Counted from the whole stretch's first letter, positions 1 through 12,044 are shown. The stretch is 52,020 bases of DNA, filler included, from Catajapyx aquilonaris (GCA_000934665.2; 2 parts of 2 records of this genome joined end to end with filler, not necessarily neighbours in it), one strand, 5' to 3'. Program-made: numbers and translations. Notes: generated by a model not told the origin, from the sequence alone.

Positions 1-167
1 AAGAGAAAGCTGAAGATTGAGGAAGAAAATTATTTTCTACTTTTTAGTGCACTTGGAAATATAAAGCGTGTTCTTAAAAAGGTTTTTTATATATTTTAAT
101 TTTCGCTCCACCCTACCCTGCCTATTACCTCTGAATTTTGTATCAAAATCAAGGGGAGAAAAGACGC

Positions 168-315
168 CGAGGATCAAAACCCGTCAACTACGGAACAAAT
201 TTTCGAGAAATGTGAAACAAAACCCGCCAACTGCAGTGTCTGGCATGTCTGCGTCAAGTGAAGAAATAATACAATATTTGTATCCACCATTAGCTTTTTG
301 CATCAAAAATCGCCA

Positions 316-384
<69 letters not shown>

Positions 385-985
385 TGGGGTAGTGCTTTCA
401 CCCCCAACTGGGGGTATATCACACGGACCTTTATTTTTGTTATTATTATTGTACAGTAGCTGGTGCAGGGACAGGGTAGGGATAGGAGGGGGGGGCACTG
501 GTGCATGTGCAATGTCTCNTAGATGCGGGTCAGAAACCCCCGACTGACCCGCATCTCCTCCAGGACAGGGAAAGGAGGGAAGCGGCTGTGGCCTATATTA
601 CGGTACGATCCCGGAAATTATTCCTGGAGCGACCTTGGGAAACCACAGAAAACCAAGGTCAGGATCGCCGGCCTCCGGGATTCGAACCCAGGACCTCCCG
701 ATTAGCAGTCGGACACCATATCCACTACACCACTACTGCTTCGGTCAAAAATCGCCAAATACGTTGTGTCGGAAGCAAAATCCGCCAACTGCAACAAACA
801 ATAATTAATGGTTGATGAACGGATGCAAATAGATTTCAAAGATACTGATATATCAATGGCCTCTGCGCCTACCATATCGCTTACCAAAGTTGACCTCTGT
901 AACATACTGTTATTGTAATGAAATGAGAGGTTTTTCTCAAATATCTCAGTTTTACTCTACAAGTAGTTGACGGTTTTGGATCCTC
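168..985. mobile_element. Degenerate TIR element hosting the SINE at 320-746
   Basis: GAGGATCAAAACCCGTCAACTAC (168-191) versus inverted GTAGTTGACGGTTTTGGATCCTC (963-985). Confidence 0.55.
320..746 (-). mobile_element. tRNA-derived SINE (family A) with (TTA)n tail
   Basis: Head GACCGAAGCAGTAGTGGTGTAGTGG...GACTGCTAATC...GGTTCGAATCC (Pol III A/B boxes); 17-bp TSD TCAAAAATCGCCAAATA at 303-319 and 745-761. Confidence 0.85.
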
Positions 986-2640
986 AGCCCCCATACAGGA
1001 CTGTATGTGACCACCAGCGTGGCTAGAATCCCTTCCAGGTGTCCAAACCCCAGTTTCAAAAACCTGGGTCCCCGGAATAAGAAATAATGAAATTCATCGA
1101 ATATATGAGTTGAAAATCTATGACATTGACATACGCCTCCTTAAGATTGGTAGAAAAAAAACTGCCAGACATTTGGGTAACTCTGGCACTCATAGTAATA
1201 ATATTTAATAAGGAGCCACCATTATGACATTGACTTTTAAAAAATAATTACGTTTGCTGCAACCAATGTAATAGTCAGTACATGAATCTCATTAATAATT
1301 TTTAATTTTATTAGCTGCACATTAGAGAATCTCTCATCCTCGCTCTCATCTATATGATGAGTGGTCATACCGAAATTTATAAAATATAATTTTTAGGTTA
1401 CTATAGTATGCACCCACCCTTCTTCGCGCCATTCTGAGCACCCCACACCATCGGTAAATGGATTGAGCGTTTCTATAAAACATCAGGGGGGGGGGGGTTA
1501 CAGGGGGGTTAGCATTTTTCAATTTTAACTAAATATTACTTATTTTGTTCATCACCATAATTATTTTGAAAGGGGTACACCGATGATAGGTTCAAATTTT
1601 TCATATTATAAGATGCATTTTAATGTCCTCTGTTTTTTTTGCCTAACTTACGTATTAATCAGGTGCAGCTGTAAAGAACTCACCGATATCGGCGCGGCGT
1701 GGCAAAAAGTTTGAAAGTGACTAATTCCTGTGAACACCCCATCGCAAAACTTCAAAGGGCCCAGACACTCCATAAAAGCAAAGCCAGATATCTTTTGTGT
1801 TGAATGAAGCGTGCAGGCTGTCTACTTCTACATAGGAGCAATTTATTTTTAACTCTTTGGTGTTGTAATAGCACATTCCCCTTTTTGTGTGACTATTCTA
1901 CCTGTATGTTGTAGGAAGCTTTATGCCCTCTGAACAGACAGTGGTCACGCGAAGGTCGATTGAAACTGAAAACAATGATGCGAGACAGCTCGATATCATC
2001 AATAACAAAAGTGGGACAAACGTAGCACAAAAAGGGATACTCCACACCCTATTTGAAGAAAAGCTGCTACAGCACAGCATGGTCATTTCATCGTTGGGAA
2101 CTGTAGACCTCATTCATTTGCATTCGCTTTCATGAGCCAAAAAACATACACAAGTGGTCAGTAATGTTACCAACAAAACAATACGGTTGCATTCCTGGCG
2201 GTCGAGAGGACATAGAGGGAGTGTCATTTCACTTAATTGCAGGGATATAATATTGGCTCTTATTATGTAGCGGGAGGCAGTGTGACGCAGCAACATTTCA
2301 TCTTTTAGGTCGAGTTCGATTCCTAGATTAGGGTTTCACCAGGACCGTGGTTGATATGGACTTTTAAGTCTCTTTTGAGTAAATGTGCTTCAACACAATA
2401 ATCCAGAATTGATGCAGTAGCCTACTCGTATCTGCAACTCACCTACTTTTTTCTTACCAATATTTTCTTAAAAATAAGACGAAGCAAGCCAATGATACCA
2501 CTATACAGTATAAATAATGCCCTCTTACGTTCATAGGATTGTCGCAACATCTTTTAATAGCAAGCAAAAAAACTTGGTTTACTCAAGGCTCCGTGGACCA
2601 CCTCGCCTCCTGTGTTTAACCCATGATCTTAGAATACTCA

Positions 2641-2952
2641 GGTCTGGTCACTCCCACTTATCACCTGCCGGGGCGTTTTGCATGAGCTGCTAACTTGAGA
2701 GCGCCATGAGACAGCTTTTCATCGCGCCATTATGTGGCGACCCTACCGGACTACGCTGAACTAAGGTAGAACAGAAGCCGCTACATCCAAAATGCCGCCG
2801 GCGACCATGTTGGGTCCCCCAATGTAGCGCTTCCCTTTTGTACCTATAAAGTTCAGCGTAGTCCGGTAGGGTCCCCACATAATCCAGCAGTGATAGGTCT
2901 CATGGCGCTCTCAGGTGAGCACCCCATGCAAAACGCCCCGGCAGGCGATAAG
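2641..2952. mobile_element. Foldback MITE (family shared with 46560-46869)
   Basis: Long imperfect inverted arms TTATCACCTGCCGGGGCGTTTTGCATG / CATGCAAAACGCCCCGGCAGGCGATAA; shared core TATGTGGCGACCCTACCGGAC. Confidence 0.75.
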
Positions 2953-3164
2953 ATAAGAACGTAGAGGTAGTGTCCGTGTGCTGGTTTAACCGGTTTACTG
3001 CACAGATACTAGATGGGTATTTTGTTCAACATGGATATGGCCTATTTGGGGTTGCCTTTGTCTGGCAACTCTACTTTTCCTTCCCCACCTCCTCAGAAAA
3101 CCACAGACAACCCATGGTAGTTTTTTCTTGGACAGACTATAGTCACTATACAGTAGCCTACGTT

Positions 3165-3451
3165 GACCGAAGCAGTTTGGTGGAGTGGCTATAGGGTCCG
3201 ACTGCTAATCGGGAGGTCCTGGGTTCGAGCCCCGGGGCAGACAACTCTAACCGTGGTTTTCTGTGGTTTCCCACGGTCCCTCCAGGATAATTCCGGGGTT
3301 GCTTCCTAATTAAAAAGGCCACAGCCGCCTCGTTCCTTCCCTTTCCTATCCCAAAAAGCAAAAAAGTAAACATGTAAGCAAGAGTTCCAGACAAAACAAA
3401 AATCCCCCCTAAAGAGCCGAAAAAGGCTGATAACGGGGTAAGATATTATAT
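3165..3451 (+). mobile_element. tRNA-derived SINE (family A)
   Basis: Same head as 320-746 (GACCGAAGCAG...GACTGCTAATCGGGAGGTCCTGGGTTCGA); TSD TATACAGTAG(C/G)CTACGTTG at 3147-3165 and 3452-3470. Confidence 0.85.
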
Positions 3452-5424
3452 TATACAGTAGGCTACGTTGTTATTCTCATATTAATCTCCACTTGCTTAC
3501 AATCATGTAACTTAAATATATTACTAACACAAAAGGATACGGTATATATTCACCAAATTACTCGACATAAGTTATATCTGCCTTGATGTAAGGAAAGGGC
3601 TTTTAAGAGAATTATTTTTTCTCAACCTCAACTTCGCTCGAAAACCGCGCTGAATTTCCGATCTTTCGATAGTACTGTATATCTTCACAAAATGCACAGT
3701 GGAACAGTGTGTCCACAGTCGCTTCTGGAATTTAAATTATTCAAAACCAGAGGGTACAAATTTAATGTAATAATTAAGCGAAAATTATAAAGTTATCAAA
3801 TATGAAAGTCCGACAATGTTCCTAGCATGCATGCAAACGACAGTTCCATAATGAGGGTGATAGCCTGTTAACATTACTGTCTCCTGACATAGTGAAATAA
3901 TCGTAGTTTAAAAAGTTCATTTTCACCCAGGTAAGCCACGTACTCTTTAACTCACAATATTATTATCTACCACATGTGTTAACAAACATAATAAGCCCTG
4001 GTAGCTGAAATTTTCAAGCTGTTTCATGAATGCGCCTTTTGAAATCTTAAATTTGAATTTTCTCAGAATGCAACTTTTGCATTTACCTAGTTTTCGCATA
4101 AAGGTAAGAAGACACTCACGTGTCGGCATGCATAAAGAGTGGCAAAAATAACGGAAAAGTCAAATTCGCCCAGTGACACGTTTGAATACATATTTATTAA
4201 TTACTATTAATTATAGAGGTTTCCCTTCGTGGAATATGGGACATTCACATGTCCTTGATATCCTTCACCCACCTGCATATAAAATTATTATGTCCGTATG
4301 TAGGTGGGTGAAGGATGTCAATTATTTTGTGATGGAAATCTTGATTAATCTTAAATAATATTTGTTTATATGCGTACAGGTATATCATCGGATGGTGTGC
4401 ATTTTTCAAGCTGCAGAATATCATTGGTCACCACTACAAAACTCGCCACAACTCTGACTTCCTGTTGTTTAGTGGCACTAATAAAAGGAATTGACCATAA
4501 CGACTATTCTGTTCCAAGTATATTGACAAAGCTACACGTCACTGTGAGGCTCAAATGAGCTGCTGTTATTGTATTAGTGATTATTTTTCTGGCAGTTAGT
4601 TTTATTGGTGGCGTTTAAAGGAGTTCATATAGCAAAAGGTAAGCAATTATATTGTAGCCGGTGCGGCAGCACGCAAGATGCTTGTGAATTATGATTACCC
4701 AGAATGTAAGCCCAAAATTCATGTTCATCTAATCTGGGAATTCTGTCTTGGTCATTTGTCTGCTTTTCGCCACCGTCCTCGATGTAACTAACAGCTAGAA
4801 TAGCAGTGTATCTTGGAACGTGGGGATGCATTGTGTGTACGATTCTCAGGCGTATGATTTTTTTAAATTACTATTTGCAGGGGGAAATGACTCAAGAAAC
4901 CGGTGCCTTTAGACCAGCACGTACCGTATGTTACATGGTGATACATGGTCAGCAAGTTCAAAAACTACATGGCCAATGCTACCTGTAAAAGTGCGCGCGA
5001 GCGATAAACAAATCTGGCGGGTTCGCTTGAAGCCCAAAGGCGTGCATGTCACTGGACAATATTAGGGTAATAAATTTGCGCCCGCGGGTGGGGGTGGGGG
5101 GGCTTTACTGGATACTAAATCAAGGCGTTATCGTGGAAAAAGAGGTACAAAAAGGCAAAGAAGGAGAAGTTGGACTTGACCCCACGGATTTGTGGAAAAC
5201 TGCGCCACTTCTTGCTCTCAATTAGATTGCCGGCTGTAAATATTCCGGATATTGCCTTACAGAAGGAACAGAATTATTATATTTCTGTAATTTGCCACTA
5301 ATCAAAGTAAATCTGACGCTTACATTGCTCAATTCATTTTACAATGTTAGTGCAACTGTGTTGCTTATTGTTATATGGACTCACCTTCCAATACGGCTAT
5401 TGTGTCGTTTGTATACGGCGAATC

Positions 5425-5550
5425 ACGAGGGGGTACCCACTCGACTGTAAATGTGTACACCAGAGTACCAAATTTAAGGAGTACCAAGGAGTACCTGGGA
5501 GTACCAATAAGAAGTATCTGGGAGTATCTGGGATGAGTACCAAGGAGTAG
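5425..5550. repeat. Dispersed repeat with GGAGTACC sub-repeats (related copies ~9990-10060 and 24173-24300)
   Basis: GTGTACACCAGAGTACCAAATTTAAGGAGTACCAAGGAGTACCTGGG matches the reverse complement of 24222-24270. Confidence 0.6.
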
Positions 5551-5624
5551 ACCTATATACCCGGGAGCATCAATGAACGCCTTAGGGCACTTTCAGTTTA
5601 TAATTTTATATTCAGCCACGTATA

Positions 5625-6176
5625 CAGGGTGTAACCAGACCCCATGCAGAAATTTGAAAGGTGGGTAGGGGACCCCAAAACAAACATTTTTGACCAATGA
5701 ACCCACCCTCTAAAATAATCGCAAATTCACTTAAATCGATATCTGGTTAGTGCTTGTAGTAACAGTTATGTGGTTGCTGCTACTCTACAGTAGCGTTGTC
5801 ATGGTAGTGTTGACAAGTCATTGTCAGTAAAAATGTCAGTAAAATACACAATTATTCGGTTTTGTGCCCTATTCTACTACTGGAGATATGAACGTTGTAC
5901 AATTCCTGCAATCCTGCAATAAAGGTGGTGGTGGGTTTCATGTCAGCGTTCATTGATTTGTGGTGGTGACCTGGTGGTGACGACCTTTTACAGTACTGTA
6001 CTAAAATGTCAACACTACCATGACAACGCTACTGTAGAGTAGCAGCACTGTTACTACAGGCAGTAACCAGTTATCGATTTAAGTGAATATCATGATTTTT
6101 TTATTGGACAAAAATGTTTGTTTTGGGGTCCCCTACCCACCTCTAAAATTTCAGCATAGGGCCTTGTTACACCATG
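5625..6176. mobile_element. Tc1/mariner-type MITE, TA-flanked, CAGGGTG end
   Basis: ~200-bp imperfect inverted arms (GGTGGGTAGGGGACCCCAAAACAAACATTTTTG; CTACTCTACAGTAGCGTTGTCATGGTAGTGTTGACA). Confidence 0.8.
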
Positions 6177-6188
6177 TATATGCATTTA

Positions 6189-6779
6189 CTGGGGTCGTTC
6201 AAAAATGATTGGTACTCCAATTTTTTTCCTGCAAACTAACCATTTAATGGGACAAAATGAATTCATGGTACAGTTGGGTATTCCATGGCAATGTATATGC
6301 ACTGTTGCCACCGTTCCGGCAGTTTCCGTATTGCTGCAGAATACCATTCTTTGGGGGCACCCCGGTGCCACTCGTGGACAACCGACTGAAGCTCGTCGTT
6401 GGAGGTGAACTTGTGACAGCGCACTCTTTCATTGCATCAGACAGAGCATAGTCACTAGTCACAAGATCCAGTGAATATGGAAGATGGGGAAGCACGGCGT
6501 ATCCTAGAGCCTTCAGGATATCAGTGGTGGGGCTACTGACATGTGGCCCCGCATTGTCGTGTCATGACCTCAAGGGTACACCATGCTGCCTCATTCTCCG
6601 GATCTTGCCGGATCTTTTCTGCAGCAATACGGAAACTGCCAGAACGGTGGCAACAGTGCGTAGACATTGTGAAGGAATAACCGAATGTACCATGAATTCA
6701 TTTTGTCCCATTAAATTTGCATTAAATAGTCAGTGTGCAGAAAAAAATAGAGTCCCAATCATTTTTGAACGACCTACAG
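6189..6779 (-). mobile_element. Internally deleted mariner element with DD34D transposase remnant
   Basis: TA-flanked TIRs GGTCGTTCAAAAATGATTGG; minus strand ~6440-6560 reads HDNAGPH...LPHLPYSLDLVTSDY, with 34 residues between the two Asp. Confidence 0.85.
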
Positions 6780-7027
6780 TAATAGCATACCGAATATCAG
6801 TAGCCTACTGTACAAGTTGCATACTGTGGTGGCGAAAAGCTGTCGGCCAGAGGGAGCGCACTACGTACTTCCTTTGCGTGACGTCATTAGGCGCACCAGG
6901 CAGGCGCGGGGAATATGAATTTACACGCAGTTGAATGTACGTAGTATCGGCAGAAACGCATTCTATAATTAATTATTATTTGTGGAAGTGTGCCGGGATC
7001 AGCCTTTAGAGTCTGCTATTATCGAGA

Positions 7028-7190
7028 TCTGTTACAGCGGAGGCTGTTATTTCCGGATTCAACTAATAACATCATCATCATCAACAACAACAACAACAAC
7101 AACATCTTGTTATTGTTGTTGTTGTTGTTGTAGCTGCTGCTGCTGCTGCTGTTAGCTGAATCCGGATATAACAGCCTCGGCTGTAACAGA
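7028..7190. repeat. Hairpin whose centre is an inverted pair of trinucleotide microsatellites (CAT/CAA versus TTG/CTG)
   Basis: TCTGTTACAGCGGAGGCTGTTATTTCCGGATTCAACTAA ... TTAGCTGAATCCGGATATAACAGCCTCGGCTGTAACAGA. Confidence 0.8.
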
Positions 7191-7606
7191 CTTTCGGTCA
7201 TGACAGACTGGAAAGGCTGGTCCTTCCATACTCCCATAAGGGCATGCGTATTTTGCTCCTGATATAACAGACTAACATATATTTCACCTCATCTCAGCTA
7301 TAACAGACCATTTTTTTGGCCATTCGGTGGACAAATATGCTGTTTTTGATTATTACTTAACTATACCTTTCCCAAGCGAGGAAAGCACGGAGCGGGGGTG
7401 ATTTTCCCACCTGTCACTGATCGAACACTTGCCGAGAAGGTCAAAATCATACTTTTTCTGATATATTTGACAAGGACGAGATGGCATTAAAAATGACGGA
7501 TTTTTTGGTCCAGCCTAAGTTATGGGTGAGCTCATATGGCATGTTTGTGGATAGTTTCATTAATCAGTGTGCAGTAGTGTGCATTATAACCATATTATAA
7601 AGAATG

Positions 7607-8000
7607 CAGGGTTCGGAAATGTAACCCGTCGCTGTCGTCGCGTCATCGCTTTGGAAAATGATAGATGAGTTCTAGGTGATCACTTTGAGTATATGGAACA
7701 TGGGTCTCCGACGCATAGTTACCAATATAATTAGCATTAAATAAAAAGTGCATTATCCCAGCTTATAGGTTTCGGATACTGCTTATTACGACACTTCCAT
7801 CGCCTAGGACATTCCTTGATACACCTATATGTAAGGTCGCGTGGAGGGACGCATACGTGCCAGGATATTTTATACCTTGTGCTAGAATCACATTATCTCG
7901 GTAACTGCATCGGAGACCCATGTTGCATATACTCAAAGTGATCGCCTAGTACCCCTCTATCATTTCCCAAAGCGACGGTAGTTTAAACTTCCGAACCCTG
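7607..8000. mobile_element. Foldback MITE with CAGGGTTCGGAA ends
   Basis: Inverted ends plus arms GATCACTTTGAGTATATG...CATGGGTCTCCGA / TCGGAGACCCATG...CATATACTCAAAGTGATC. Confidence 0.75.
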
Positions 8001-8069
8001 TATAGAAAGCAGCAAACTTGAATTTTCGTTGCAAAAGTGGCAGTTTGGCTATAACATACCTCGGTTATA

Positions 8070-8493
8070 CAGGGTGTATCTGAACTCAGTGCCCCGACGT
8101 ATATGACTGCCTTCCTAGCCACCAGAGGATCGATTTAAGTATAGGAAGCATTATGTTTGGCCGCCGCATTACGGAGATAATTGGCCGCAAACATGTAGTA
8201 CAAAATATCCTGTCGGTTAGGCCACCCATCTCACCCTCCCCCAGTCAGAAGGCTCTGGAAGGTCTGGGGGCGGGACTTTGTTGGTTTGTTGCCCACAGGT
8301 GGTAAGGCCTCTTTGGCTAGTTACACCAGAAAATTCTATTTAAAAGTCAGAAGGAGCGATTAGGCAAAAATCGCTAAAGAGTGTATCTCAGTAATGCGGC
8401 GGCCAGACATAATGACTCCTATACTTAAATCTATCCTCTGGTGGCTAGGAAGGCAGTCATATACGTCGGGGCACTGAGTTCAGATACACCCTG
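8070..8493. mobile_element. Young Tc1/mariner-type MITE, TA-flanked
   Basis: ~60-bp perfect TIR CAGGGTGTATCTGAACTCAGTGCCCCGACGTATATGACTGCCTTCCTAGCCACCAGAGGAT. Confidence 0.85.
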
Positions 8494-8499
8494 TATCTT

Positions 8500-8800
8500 T
8501 TTAGGGGGATGGGATACCACCATTTTCTCTCCATTTAACTTCATTCACCGGTGCAAGGAGTCTAGGATGTAGGGTAGGGGTAGGGATTTTTGGGGAGGGA
8601 ACATATAGTTGCAAGTGCAATAGTGTCTACAAATGGGTCATGTGCTGTCCCCCAGGAGGTTAGGTTGCCAGACACCTCCTTGGTGCAGGTCAGAGACCCT
8701 CCTGACGCAGGTGAAAGGAAGGTTCCCCAGGCGGGGATCGAACCTGGGGCCTTTCACTCAGCAATCCATGACGTTACCATCACGACCACCACACCTCCCC
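8500..8800 (-). mobile_element. tRNA-derived SINE (family B), 3' boundary approximate
   Basis: Head GGGGAGGTGTGGTGG...GGTAACG...CCCCAGGTTCGATCCCC, similar to the head at 39703. Confidence 0.6.
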
Positions 8801-9810
8801 TGCTCCTTCCCGTCCGCGTCACTCACTCGATTTGTAAACAGTGGCAACAATGGAAGCACTCTCCATGTGCTGATGTTTGAATTGGCCCGCCGGACGGGGT
8901 TGCCAGGTAACGGGCTACAATATAAGCAGCTTAGGCCGAATTTGTCAATAACTAAAACGACAAAAAAGTTTGATCACCCTGTATTTTCATGTGGGCTAGC
9001 ATCAACTTCTTGATCACTTTTAAAAATAAATACGGAACCTCTGCAACCGTCCCAAGGTACAAGAGTAGTGCACCTTGGGCCATAGGGATGTGTACTGTAC
9101 CTTGGGACAACAACAAAATGAAATATGAGAGTAGGCTACTTCCAAATATGTCCTTGTTTATTTTAATCTAGGTACATTTTGTATGCATGTAGCTCCGTAT
9201 AATATGCGAACAGTTTACATTTGGTGTGGAGTAATCAAATTTAAAAATAGAAGGGCCTACACACACCTAGGAATGATAAGATCCTACTTAATTTGTACTC
9301 CAACAAGTCCACACCAAATGTCAACTCCTCACATTGCCGCAGGGAACCTTCACACTTCATTGGCGGGGGAATTTTGAGCAGAACGTCACTCTTAGGTAGG
9401 TTGTATACACTTTATCACGCATCCCAAGGTACAAAATGGGTCAGTGTCCCAAGGTACAAGATAAAGCCTAGACTCCGAAATGTGGTGCCACCCAAAATAT
9501 GTCTGCTTTTATGACACTCTTCAGTTGGTCACATTGTTGCGCACAATGTGGCGTAATTGTGGCGCCCTAGCATTAAGAGAAGGAGCCAAATTCGGAACTT
9601 TGTAACTTGGGCTATGGTACCTTTTACTAATAAGGTGACTGAAATTACTTTTACTACCTAAAAAACATACATTTTCATGAAGCAGACAGACGCTTAATCC
9701 GATGACGCTGAAAACACAATTGGGTGAGGATCACTCGAGGAGCATGACATTGGTGCAGGTTAGTGCTTTTTCAAGCCAACAGATTTCGAGAAAATGACCA
9801 TGTCCCAAGG

Positions 9811-9956
9811 TATCATCAGTGAAACAAGAATTGTCCCAGTCATCCTGACGTGTGTGCTGCCCGCTCGACACACACCATATAACTTACATGGTGTGTGTCG
9901 AGCGGCCAGCCCACACGTCAGGATAACTGGGACAATTCTTGTTTCACTGATGATAC
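9811..9956. repeat. Near-perfect palindrome/MITE (~68-bp arms)
   Basis: TATCATCAGTGAAACAAGAATTGTCCCAGT...CACACCAT / ATGGTGTG...ACTGGGACAATTCTTGTTTCACTGATGATA. Confidence 0.85.
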
Positions 9957-11915
9957 AAGGGGGTCCAAGGTCCAAGAGCTTCCCCTACCGAAGAGTACCA
10001 AAGAGTATACCACTGCAGGTGTACAGTACACCGGTGTACCGATGTGAGGACCCCCTTGGCGAATCACGTTTGACACTATGGTGTTTAAACTACAATTATA
10101 CCTGATTTAAACGTCCTGGAGGCATTAACTTTCCCGCTTTGTTCTGTAAATTGGTTCCTCTTTCCACAACGCCATGCAATTATGGCAGGGGTAAATTTGT
10201 TCAGCGTGATTACGGTAGGCTAACATTCGTAGTACACAGCTATTTATACGCATCATAATTTTTTTCGTCACCTAATGTAGCCTGCAGGCGGTGTACACCA
10301 TTAAATAGACATATGTGCCTGAGGCATACGCAAAATTGCACTGAACAAGTCCCTGCATGATTTACTCATTCTAGACGACAAGGAAATTGAAATGCATGCA
10401 CAATGCACTCTCAAGCGACCTTGGATATGAAAGGCCACTACACGCCTCCTCCGGGCAGACGTCATTTATTTTTCGTTCGTGCTCCGCTAATGAAACTGGA
10501 TATGGAAATTGACGATCCGGGTCCTATCTTGCGCCTCTTGTGCTATCGATCCCAATTTAACACGTTCTAGTACAGGCGACCCTGCTCTCATATATTCTTC
10601 ATGAACAATGTCTGTGCAATGCTGAAATCGCGATCGTTTCATCGTGAAGAGTGTCACATGAGGAGGGGAGGAATAGCTAAGCCATGAAAGTTTCATAACC
10701 CAGTTAAGCTAGGCGTCTCTGAACCGCAATGCTGGAGTGTAATGTACAGCCCAAGGTACAGCCTCACTTGAATGCGCTCCTGCTCCACCTCACTTTCCCA
10801 ATCCGAACTTCGTTTGTATCAGTTCCACCATGCAACTTTGATCTCACCATTGGTCATACAGTATTCATCAGACGATTCAGACTGGCGACGCGTATTTGCC
10901 CACACCAAGCACCAAATATATTGTAAGAAGAGGGAACCAAAGAAGAATGAAGAAGAGTTAGTGCAGTATTCTTGGGCAGCCTTTACTTCGGCCATATGTT
11001 TGCACCGAGAGGTGAGTTGAACAGCCAACTTCCTCCTCTTCCTCCTCCTCCTCCTTTATTTGGAGGCGACCCCTCCCTTCCTAGCTAAATTTGTGCAGCA
11101 AGTAATGAAAGAGTGGGCGGTTTGTCGTCCCCCGGCCATGCACCCCACCTCCCAACTACTTCCTCCCATCCTTCCTCCTTCCTCCCACTCGCCACCCGCC
11201 TCCCTCCGTCCCTTTTTGCATTTGCCTGTAAAATTAACCCGGTGGCCTTCCCCCGCTGGCTGGGCCTAGTGCAAGTGAAGCAGTAGTGGAAGCTCGCAGT
11301 GAGTGTGCACGACGTGGAGTTGCACGCGGCACGGGGGCTCCCGACAACAATACCAGTTGTTGCTACTGTACCGGTGGAGCCTCCTCCGGTTAGTGGTTTG
11401 GCAGAAGAGTGCGCGGAGGGAGAGGTTTGGTGCGGATGGTTGCGAGTGAATTTCACGTGGTTTTCCTTTGGTCGGACGGATTTGTGCCAGTTTCGTACGA
11501 CTGACCGCTTTGGCACCTGCCATCGTAAGACGGTATAACGGGCGTGCCAAGACGCCAGGTGCCCGAATTGGCATCCAAATTACGTTCCAAGCTTTATTTG
11601 AATTGACAAATGTGCGGTGAGTTGCGCTAGCATCAGCTGTGCTAATCAGCATTTGTGTTTGCATAACTATTTGGCATCAGGTTCTCATTAAAATGGCATT
11701 TGAGAGGAAGATCCCATGAGGAAGCGTCTCTATTAGCACTATTCACATGTGGTCAAGCTATGTGCTCTACTTTGCAAAATCAGAAATCAGATTGCCATGT
11801 AAGTTTATGTACAGTACCTGAGTTTGAATAACTCTACTCGAGGCATGAATATACAGTATTGTAATCGCATTGAGTCCTCCTCTCCCCTTTTCTCTCATGG
11901 CAGCTATCAGAAATG

Positions 11916-12044
11916 CAGGGTGTTCCAAGTTCGGGGCTCACTTCTTGATAATCTGATATCGCCTGATAGCAGAACTTTACAAAAATAACTGTTATCGGGC
12001 GATATCAGTTATCAAGAAATGAGCCCCGAACTTGGAACACCCTG
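11916..12044. mobile_element. 129-bp hairpin MITE with CAGGGTG ends
   Basis: CAGGGTGTTCCAAGTTCGGGGCTCA...TGAGCCCCGAACTTGGAACACCCTG. Confidence 0.85.

Noticed and set aside
68..554. ORFs with poly-Ile or poly-Leu runs
   Set aside because: These are translations of the (TAA)n SINE tail; the same applies to 7019-7237 and 12369-12608, which translate microsatellites
680..746. tRNA gene
   Set aside because: A/B boxes are present but there is no complete cloverleaf; it continues into a repeat body flanked by TSDs, so it is a SINE head (likewise 3165, 8800 and 39703)
1898..2335. ~145-codon minus-strand frame interrupted by a single TGA (2116-2114); selenocysteine or readthrough considered
   Set aside because: No recognisable domain, no SECIS-like structure that I could identify, and no convincing exon boundaries; compatible with chance
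9040..9470. Recurrent CCCAAGGTAC motif suggesting a CRISPR-like array
   Set aside because: The motif is too short, irregularly spaced and in both orientations; it fits transposon subterminal repeats in a eukaryotic genome
11030..11660. GC-rich region with several overlapping 70-140 aa ORFs
   Set aside because: No recognisable protein motif or splice-consistent model; it could be regulatory DNA but I cannot support that
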